DNA from: a virus
Taxonomy: Duplodnaviria; Caudoviricetes
Strand: one strand, 5' to 3'
Virus record (IMG/VR): IMGVR_UViG_3300032233_001537
Coordinates: 1-36,891 of that record
DNA: 36,891 bases
Both the position numbers and the translations under genes were made by a program. This document shows positions 30,960 to 36,358 of this stretch, in pieces. The notes beneath the pieces are model-generated. The model did no database searches. It was not told the DNA's origin and saw only the letters and a list, made by a program, of their open reading frames with translations. Positions within the stretch are counted from its first letter, which is position 1. Every line of letters begins with the position of its first letter.

Positions 30960-31129
30960 ACATTATTCTCCATTAAAATTTCAGTTTTAAGATCTTCAGG
31001 TTTTGGAGAACCTGTCTGATAGAATTCGGTTGACAGATTCTCCATTGTATCGAAATATTCTTCTTCTGTGAGAGAAGTGTGAATTCTTTCACCTTTATGA
31101 AGAATATTATAGAGTTCGTTAGACATCAA
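30944..31129 (-). CDS. Small acidic hypothetical protein
   Basis: 61-aa ORF overlapping the stop of the upstream gene (ATGA); LTEEEYFDTMENLSTEFYQTGSP. Confidence 0.7.
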   Translation of the reverse strand: MMSNELYNILHKGERIHTSLTEEEYFDTMENLSTEFYQTGSPKPEDLKTEILMENNVWLQK

Positions 31130-31881
31130 ATAATTCTTGTTTTTTCGTGACCAACGCGAATGCGAGGATCACACCAAATTTGAAATCCTGCTTCGATTGC
31201 ATCTAAACAGAAAGATACATCCTCTCCACACATGTCTTGAACTTCTCCAGACTCAAAGACTTGCATCTTTGGTGCAAACCAGGGATATTTCATTTCTGAA
31301 TGTTCAAAAACTCCATGCTTAATCAGAAGCCATCCAAAACCAGTATAATCTACTGTGAATGGTTTACGACGCTTTGAGATACTCTCAACGGTTTCATGAT
31401 TCATCACACCACCATTGTTACGGAAATCATCTTCCTCTAACCAGTGTGCCACTGAAGTTGTGTGACCATCTTCTGTTGCATACCAACCAGCAGCAAGATC
31501 CTTATCCATGAGGACTAGTTGCCAAAATTTTTCTGAATTGAAAATAATGTCAGAGTCAATCCAAAGTTGCCAATCATATTCGAGTTTTCCATCCCAAGGA
31601 ATTTGATTCGGTCCTCGCAGAACATTCGCGCCTAAACACTTGCATCTTGCAAAGTTTACCATCGACGAATAATCCTGTGAGATTTGAATGCTTGCTCCTG
31701 CTTGCACTAAGTCAAAACAAAGTTGAACAAAGTTTTTCAGATAAGCATAAGAAACTCCTCTTCCAGGAAGACAAAAGACGATGGATTTTCCTCTCACCAT
31801 CTCTTTTGCCAAATTATAATCCCACTCTTCAGTTTGTGTTGGAGAAGGTGTTTTTGTTTTTACTGTAAATCCTTTAGCCAT
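31126..31881 (-). CDS. GT-A-fold glycosyltransferase-like protein (conserved in cyanomyoviruses)
   Basis: LWIDSDI (DxD motif), VDYTGFGWLLIK, GEDVSFC and RVGHEK motifs. Confidence 0.75.
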   Translation of the reverse strand: MAKGFTVKTKTPSPTQTEEWDYNLAKEMVRGKSIVFCLPGRGVSYAYLKNFVQLCFDLVQAGASIQISQDYSSMVNFARCKCLGANVLRGPNQIPWDGKLEYDWQLWIDSDIIFNSEKFWQLVLMDKDLAAGWYATEDGHTTSVAHWLEEDDFRNNGGVMNHETVESISKRRKPFTVDYTGFGWLLIKHGVFEHSEMKYPWFAPKMQVFESGEVQDMCGEDVSFCLDAIEAGFQIWCDPRIRVGHEKTRII

Positions 31882-31904
31882 AATAGAATGCGGTTACATC
31901 AGGT

Positions 31905-31933
31905 ATCATACACTATTATCTATGTTATGTCAA
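31905..31933 (-). promoter_or_regulatory. Sigma70-type promoter TTGACA-N17-TATGAT
   Basis: Perfect -35, 17-bp spacer, 5/6 -10, 23 bp upstream of the ATG at 31881. Confidence 0.8.
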
Positions 31934-32100
31934 TCCACCTCTGTTAGAATGACTTCACTGCCTTCAATAGAAAATTTAATCTTTGTATCTTCATACCATT
32001 CAAGATCATTCATAATTTGTTCGGGAATATTGATGAAGTATTGCCCAGTAATTGGATCGATCTCTATGGAGTCAAAAATTTCTCCGGGATTTTTTTTCAT
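31930..32100 (-). CDS. AbrB/MazE-like small DNA-binding protein
   Basis: Below the ORF-track cutoff. Manual translation MKKNPGEIFDSIEIDPITGQYFINIPEQIMNDLEWYEDTKIKFSIEGSEVILTEVD matches the G..I.IP..i...L.w..d..i.f.......il swapped-hairpin pattern. Confidence 0.72.
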   Translation of the reverse strand: MKKNPGEIFDSIEIDPITGQYFINIPEQIMNDLEWYEDTKIKFSIEGSEVILTEVD

Positions 32101-32290
32101 ATAAGAGAATATAAATTTTTATTTTGCTTTTATATAGGGGGGTTTTTGTGTTTTTTATACTGGGGATTTTTTTTATATTTGAGTCTTATATAAAGGTCGC
32201 TTGGGTAACACTTTGTAGGTTAGGGTAGTATCGCATTTTCATATCACCCCCCCCACCGTAGGGTAACTGTCAAACACGCACGAACGAATA

Positions 32291-32319
32291 GGGGCACTAA
32301 GTATAAAGAACTGTGCCCC
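32291..32319 (-). terminator. GC-rich hairpin, probable terminator after the last early ORF
   Basis: GGGGCAC-N15-GTGCCCC, 18 bp after the stop at 32338, followed by TATTCGTT on the minus strand. Confidence 0.45.
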
Positions 32320-32337
32320 CACTAACTAACAACGAAC

Positions 32338-32751
32338 TCAGATAAGTTCGCTCACAATCTCATCACCTCTCAGCGTATAAGGTTCACCGTCGATATAATC
32401 AATCGGTTCAAATGATGGGCAGACTAACCACGTTTCAGTCTCAATGAAGTGATTAAGTGCAAACTGAGAGAACAATTTAGCACCCTTATTTGTATGAAAC
32501 TGCCCGAACGCATAATGTCTTTTTGTGACATAATTGTCCTGATCAGTTACATTCACCTCACAGAATAGAACGCCTAAAGTTCTACCATCACCGACTCTAA
32601 ATGAGACCTCAAACTTATAATCACCAACAGCATAAATGTGAACATAATTGCTGTAAATGCCGCCTAGTTCGGGTTCGCCATCATAGGACCAATAGGCATC
32701 CCAAATAAGATCGTAGCGGTCAACTTTAGGTGCGGAAAGTGTTGCGATCAT
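32338..32751 (-). CDS. Hypothetical protein
   Basis: 137-aa ORF with ATG, co-oriented with its neighbours and flanked by hairpins; no recognised motif. Confidence 0.7.
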   Translation of the reverse strand: MIATLSAPKVDRYDLIWDAYWSYDGEPELGGIYSNYVHIYAVGDYKFEVSFRVGDGRTLGVLFCEVNVTDQDNYVTKRHYAFGQFHTNKGAKLFSQFALNHFIETETWLVCPSFEPIDYIDGEPYTLRGDEIVSELI

Positions 32752-32783
32752 GATGAAAAGTGCAGTGGGAAAGTGTAAAGAAT

Positions 32784-32802
32784 GGGGGAGGATTAGTCCC
32801 CC
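32784..32802 (-). terminator. Rho-independent terminator-like hairpin
   Basis: GGGGGA-N7-TCCCCC followed by ATTCTTT on the minus strand, just after the stop at 32819. Confidence 0.5.
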
Positions 32803-32818
32803 TAAATGTTACTAACTG

Positions 32819-33034
32819 TTAGAGACCATCGTGCCATTTAGTGCCAAATGATGACATCATTTCATCATCCGAAGGTTCCCATCCGTCGATATACTCTAGG
32901 GCGGGAATAATAATATCTTCAATTTGTTCAATTACATCGGCGGGAAGAAGTATATCATTAGAGATAATTTTCTTCCATTGTTGTAAAGAATTGTATGCCA
33001 GACCGAAACAATCAAGGGTGTGAATGTTAGGCAT
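32819..33034 (-). CDS. Small acidic hypothetical early protein
   Basis: Start moved to ATG 33034 (MPNIHTL) because the longer ORF runs through the promoter and box; C-terminal WEPSDDEM motif. Confidence 0.65.
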   Translation of the reverse strand: MPNIHTLDCFGLAYNSLQQWKKIISNDILLPADVIEQIEDIIIPALEYIDGWEPSDDEMMSSFGTKWHDGL

Positions 33035-33116
33035 GATCTTAATAACGGGGGGGATTGGTGTGGTTTGTTCCCGTTGCAAGCAACCTAGAACGGATTCGGG
33101 CACCAATCCCCCAATG

Positions 33117-33139
33117 GTGGACACCTTGAGAATTGGCAC
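33117..33139. promoter_or_regulatory. Palindromic early-promoter box, copy 1
   Basis: Minus strand GTGCCAATTCTCAAGGTGTCCAC, 29 bp upstream of a -10-like TAGGTT (33082-33087). Confidence 0.65.
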
Positions 33140-33151
33140 AAGGGGTCAGTT

Positions 33152-33372
33152 AGTATAAAGAATTAAACAAGGATTGTAAAGTAATAAGAATTAAACAACA
33201 CAAACTATAAAGAATTAGACAGGACTGAATGTAAAGAATAAACCACACCACTGACAATAAATTACATTCAATCCTGAGTAATTCTTTATAATCAACACTA
33301 AGTATAAAGAATTAAGAACAAGGTGTGATTGATTCTTAATTCTTTATACTTCTTATTCTTATTCTTATTCTT
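33152..33372. repeat. AT-rich non-coding segment with iterated TATAAAGAAT motifs and two long inverted repeats
   Basis: Inverted repeats 33206-33234/33262-33290 (26/29) and 33300-33318/33333-33351 (19/19); TTCTTA tandem repeat at the right end. Confidence 0.85.
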
Positions 33373-33510
33373 TCATGTCATTAACTTAGCAGGACTTCCA
33401 CATGATTGATAGAACTCAATCATTCTTTCTGCCTCCTCTAATGTATCAAAGGATTGAAGTCTCCATTCACAATTATTATATGGTGTTTGATATTGAATTG
33501 TGAAACTCAT
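33373..33510 (-). CDS. Small hypothetical protein (YQTPYNNCEWR...FYQSCGSPA)
   Basis: Start uncertain (ATG 33510 or 33531); the longer track ORF crosses the palindromic repeats. Confidence 0.6.
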   Translation of the reverse strand: MSFTIQYQTPYNNCEWRLQSFDTLEEAERMIEFYQSCGSPAKLMT

Positions 33511-33556
33511 TGAATTGTGATGATTGTTCATTGTTTTAAATGATGAATGTGTGTGT

Positions 33557-33593
33557 ATCTCGTCGAGATAATGTGTACGCATCTCGTCGAGAT
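33557..33593. repeat. Pair of ATCTCGTCGAGAT palindromes
   Basis: Identical 13-mers at 33557-33569 and 33581-33593. Confidence 0.85.
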
Positions 33594-33594
33594 T

Positions 33595-33762
33595 TTAATA
33601 ATGATGCCGACTCATTGTGCAGTTGGGATCATTATACCAATCAGAATCCTCATAAGATTCTGATACTTTAGGCGCCATCCGAAGCATAAGATCATCGGAC
33701 AATTTGCATACACCAGTTGTAACTAATTCAAGGATTTCGTCAGGTGTTAGAAAGGTTTCCAT
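33595..33762 (-). CDS. Small hypothetical early protein
   Basis: Start moved to ATG 33762 (METFLTP), after a C/A-rich leader and an extended -10 (TGATACAAT). Confidence 0.65.
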   Translation of the reverse strand: METFLTPDEILELVTTGVCKLSDDLMLRMAPKVSESYEDSDWYNDPNCTMSRHHY

Positions 33763-33813
33763 TGTGGTTTGGTGTGTGGTTTGGTGGGGGGGATCCAATC
33801 CCCCCGTATTGTA

Positions 33814-34071
33814 TCACCAGATCAGAGCAGCGAGGCGATCCCTTTTGCGGATGGCGGCGGGATAGATAAACCATTGATCCCGCTTGCCATTGCTGAGGCG
33901 CATGGCGTCGATGATGCCCTCCCGCTCCATGTCTACCATCACAGCGTGGATGGTGCCCTTGTGGCGGCGGGGATCCATTCCCATGCCCCTGACAATCTGA
34001 GAGCAGGTTTGGGGACCGTTTTTAATCAGGGAGGCGCGGACGGCGTTGCGGGTGAGAGCGGAGAAGTTCAT
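33814..34071 (-). CDS. Winged helix-turn-helix DNA-binding protein (putative)
   Basis: Start moved to ATG 34071; the track's TTG start is the -35 box. VRASLIKNGPQTCSQIVRGMG...TIHAVMVDMEREGII...QWFI fits a wHTH pattern. Confidence 0.65.
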   Translation of the reverse strand: MNFSALTRNAVRASLIKNGPQTCSQIVRGMGMDPRRHKGTIHAVMVDMEREGIIDAMRLSNGKRDQWFIYPAAIRKRDRLAALIW

Positions 34072-34096
34072 TGGGGTGGTGTGGTGAACTGATACC

Positions 34097-34125
34097 AGTA
34101 TGGGGGCAAACGGTTCCCCTGTCAA
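34097..34125 (-). promoter_or_regulatory. Sigma70-type early promoter TTGACA-N17-CATACT
   Basis: Perfect -35, 17-bp spacer, upstream of the wHTH gene. Confidence 0.75.
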
Positions 34126-34134
34126 CGGTTTGAT

Positions 34135-34152
34135 TGATCAGCGATGCTAATG
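34135..34152. promoter_or_regulatory. LysR-like (T-N11-A) box, copy 1
   Basis: TGATCAGCGATGCTAATG; 15/18 identical to 35498-35515; 9 bp upstream of the -35. Confidence 0.55.
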
Positions 34153-34218
34153 GTTTGGGGGATTGACAGGGGGGCGGGGCGACGTGCTAGGATGGGGGTA
34201 GAATCTATTTTTCCTGGT

Positions 34219-34241
34219 GTGCCAATTTTGAAACTGTCCAC
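34219..34241. promoter_or_regulatory. Palindromic early-promoter box, copy 2
   Basis: GTGCCAATTTTGAAACTGTCCAC, 30 bp upstream of a plus-strand -10 TAGGAT (34272-34277). Confidence 0.65.
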
Positions 34242-34277
34242 TGCTGGGCGGTTATGGGTCAGGCGGTGCTGTAGGAT

Positions 34278-34396
34278 AAGGGGACAATCGAAGGAGGGGC
34301 AGGGTCGCCCCGTTGACGCAAAAGGTCGCCACCGAACCTGCGCTCTAATAATTGTAACAAGTAAGCATAAAGAAAGGGAAGCAATTGCCCCCCCTT
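34278..34396. ncRNA. Candidate small RNA, paralog 1 (strand unresolved; convergent promoters)
   Basis: Intergenic; shares ordered blocks and an AGGGTM-loop hairpin with 36142-36266. Confidence 0.5.
34374..34396 (-). terminator. Rho-independent terminator after the KTSC-like gene
   Basis: Minus strand AAGGGGGGGC-AATT-GCTTCCCTT followed by TCTTT. Confidence 0.55.
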
Positions 34397-34411
34397 AAAT
34401 GTTACTTAAGA

Positions 34412-34684
34412 TCAGATGTCGATCTGTTCAATGTCACCATGCTTTAGAGCGCGGTTAAACATTTGTCCCCATGATGTTGCTGCTTTTGCTTCATCATCAG
34501 AGAGCAGATCATGCCACTTAATAACAGAAGCATCATCATCAAAAGCATAACGGTAGACCTTACTGCTACTGGTGAAAGTAACAAGCAGATCATAACAATC
34601 ACCCTCTGCTGAGATAATCTCAAGGCGGGCAATTGCGCTGCTGAGAACGTCTGAAGCGATGGAAAGGTTGGCGGTGGTGAGCAT
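34412..34684 (-). CDS. KTSC-domain-like protein
   Basis: Start moved to ATG 34684 (AGGAGG RBS, TATAAT at 34709-34714). SSAIARLEI...LLVTFTSSSKVYRY...SWGQMFNRALK matches the KTSC SS.I...L.V.F....Y.Y...S.G..fN pattern. Confidence 0.68.
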   Translation of the reverse strand: MLTTANLSIASDVLSSAIARLEIISAEGDCYDLLVTFTSSSKVYRYAFDDDASVIKWHDLLSDDEAKAATSWGQMFNRALKHGDIEQIDI

Positions 34685-34708
34685 TGCTCCTCCTTTGTTT
34701 ACTTGCTT

Positions 34709-34768
34709 ATTATAGGGGCACAGAGGGACCGTTGGCGATCCCCCTTGTGCCACTTCTCAGACTGTCAC
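34709..34768 (-). promoter_or_regulatory. Early promoter: palindromic box copy 3 (34747-34768) plus TATAAT -10
   Basis: GTGCCACTTCTCAGACTGTCAC lies 32 bp upstream of a perfect TATAAT. Confidence 0.7.
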
Positions 34769-35431
34769 AATGGCGTCCACTGCTTTTTTGGCAGTCCCGT
34801 GAGCAGGGAACGCTATAATAAACTCACGGTCGGATTGTTGACACAAACCGCACGTGCTACAGTTAACCTTACCCTTATGAATCTTAGCGGGGCAAACTAT
34901 AACCTTCCGCCCACTTTCAGTGTGAAAGAATCGGCGGGATTCTGTGCTGGGAATAACAGCAACTGCGGGAATGTTATGCTCTGACATAACTTTATCAGCA
35001 ACCTCTACTGATTCTGTGCTAGCGTTAATGGTGAACCCATTAGCATTAGCATTTTTGATCACTTTAAGGTTGTGAGTGTTAAGAACGTGGTGGGAGAAAG
35101 TGAACCCTTTCCTACCACGATTAGCACGGACCAAACTATCAACCTTAGGTGAATCTATGTCACCTAAGATATGCGGAAGGTCACCAGTTACGTTGTGACG
35201 CCATAAAGAATTGGGAACGAATTTGCGGACTTGAGAGATAAATTCATCCCAAGATACGCCACGCTCGTGATTAGAAACCTTGCGCCAATGTACACCCTGT
35301 AGGTGATACTTACCGTAGCAACCTTTTTCAAAAAATGCACACGTAGTGGGGCAAGATTCGCGCTCGGTTACAGTGGTGGGGATTGGTCCCGTTTGGGAGT
35401 TGCCAGAAGCGAGGGTGATTGCAACTTGCAT
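34757..35431 (-). CDS. Cys-rich putative Fe-S / radical-SAM-like phage protein
   Basis: Start moved to ATG 35431 (MQVAITL). C-x3-C-x6-C-Y near the N-terminus, WRHNVTGD, and C-terminal C-x10-C-x2-C-x2-C plus FPAHG. Confidence 0.65.
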   Translation of the reverse strand: MQVAITLASGNSQTGPIPTTVTERESCPTTCAFFEKGCYGKYHLQGVHWRKVSNHERGVSWDEFISQVRKFVPNSLWRHNVTGDLPHILGDIDSPKVDSLVRANRGRKGFTFSHHVLNTHNLKVIKNANANGFTINASTESVEVADKVMSEHNIPAVAVIPSTESRRFFHTESGRKVIVCPAKIHKGKVNCSTCGLCQQSDREFIIAFPAHGTAKKAVDAIVTV

Positions 35432-35460
35432 CGGTCGGTGGTGGTGTGGTTGACTCCCAT

Positions 35461-35515
35461 AGAATAGCAAAAAAAGGGGGGGACGCAACCCCCCCTTTGA
35501 TCAGTGTTGCTTATG
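35461..35515 (-). promoter_or_regulatory. Early promoter TTGCGT-N16-TATTCT with LysR-like box copy 2 (35498-35515)
   Basis: Extended -10 (TGCTATTCT); box TGATCAGTGTTGCTTATG lies 9 bp upstream of the -35. Confidence 0.6.
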
Positions 35516-35518
35516 GAA

Positions 35519-36001
35519 TTACTTCCACAAACCTTCTTTCACTAATCGTTGCACAAGTGCGTTGGCAATCTTACCACAATGGGGACAAATTGTTGCATAC
35601 TTAATTTCACTTTTGAGTGCATAATAATTGGTAGCGCCCGTGTGAAACTTAAAGCGATAAATTGCACTTACAGTCTTCAAAAGTTGGCGCTTTTCAATAT
35701 CACCATTGACCCAACGGTAAGCAGCAACAAAAGGTGAAAAGTCAGTATAACGACCAGAGCGGCAATACTCTAACAAATTAACAACTTTTTTAGCGATTTC
35801 ATCACCCAAATGAGGAGTTAATTCTGCAAGAGCAAGTTCATTGAAGGGGACAAGTTCGGTAGGTTCATTGATAACAACTGGAGCAGGTTGCACCGTTGCT
35901 TTACTCAAACCAAGCAGGAAGTTGGCGATCTGGGTATAGTCGCCGGTCATCTGAATGCTGGCGCCGTTGTTAGTGATCGTGACAGTTTCGAGGGTTTGCA
36001 T
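35519..36001 (-). CDS. Hypothetical early protein with C-terminal CxxC
   Basis: Start moved to ATG 36001 (MQTLETV), downstream of an extended -10 TGCCATACT and a C/A-rich leader. Confidence 0.7.
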   Translation of the reverse strand: MQTLETVTITNNGASIQMTGDYTQIANFLLGLSKATVQPAPVVINEPTELVPFNELALAELTPHLGDEIAKKVVNLLEYCRSGRYTDFSPFVAAYRWVNGDIEKRQLLKTVSAIYRFKFHTGATNYYALKSEIKYATICPHCGKIANALVQRLVKEGLWK

Positions 36002-36084
36002 GATCTTGGTGGTGGTGGGCGGCGTCAGTGGTGCGCCGTTGGTGAAAGTATGGCACCCCAGAACCGATCCGATCCAGCGACCTT

Positions 36085-36106
36085 GTGCCACTTGTGAAAC
36101 TGGTTT
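36085..36106. promoter_or_regulatory. Palindromic early-promoter box, copy 4 (between divergent -10 elements)
   Basis: GTGCCACTTGTGAAACTGGTTT; 32 bp from minus-strand CATACT (36047-36052) and 29 bp from plus-strand TATTCT (36136-36141). Confidence 0.6.
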
Positions 36107-36141
36107 TTATGGGCGTTTTTTGGTCGGTGCTCTGGTATTCT

Positions 36142-36266
36142 AAGGGGACAACCAGCAAAGACGGGAGAAGGGTATCTCTACTGAACAATCCATCGCCACT
36201 CCCCCTGCCATAAAATAATTATAACAATTCATGAAGAAAAGTGGATCAGGCACCACCCTGACCCAC
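36142..36266. ncRNA. Candidate small RNA, paralog 2 (strand unresolved; convergent promoters)
   Basis: Shares ordered blocks and hairpin with 34278-34396. Confidence 0.5.
36234..36266 (-). terminator. Rho-independent terminator
   Basis: Minus strand GTGGGTCAGG-GTGGTG-CCTGATCCAC followed by TTTTCTT. Confidence 0.65.
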
Positions 36267-36358
36267 AGCAACCCACTCACCTACGCTATGATTATATGTT
36301 CTCTTTCGCGCTGGGTGACTTTAACATTGAGCGACGGCAAACCCCTTCCGTCTTTATC

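Noticed and set aside
33152-33351. CRISPR mini-array
   Set aside because: Repeats are short, irregularly spaced and in both orientations, with no uniform spacers and no cas genes.
33814-34071. Z-alpha (Z-DNA-binding) domain
   Set aside because: The wHTH topology and wing Trp are similar, but the diagnostic Asn/Tyr in helix 3 and the wing prolines are missing.
34299-34341. HDV-like or hammerhead ribozyme fit (GCAGG/CCTGC, GTC-GCCCCGTT-GAC, CGAA)
   Set aside because: No P1 partner or P4 for an HDV fold, no CUGANGA core for a hammerhead, and the pairing is absent in the paralogous copy.
34144-34398. Plus-strand 84-aa ORF across the non-coding module
   Set aside because: It runs through promoter, box and terminator sequences and is not preserved in the second copy of the module.
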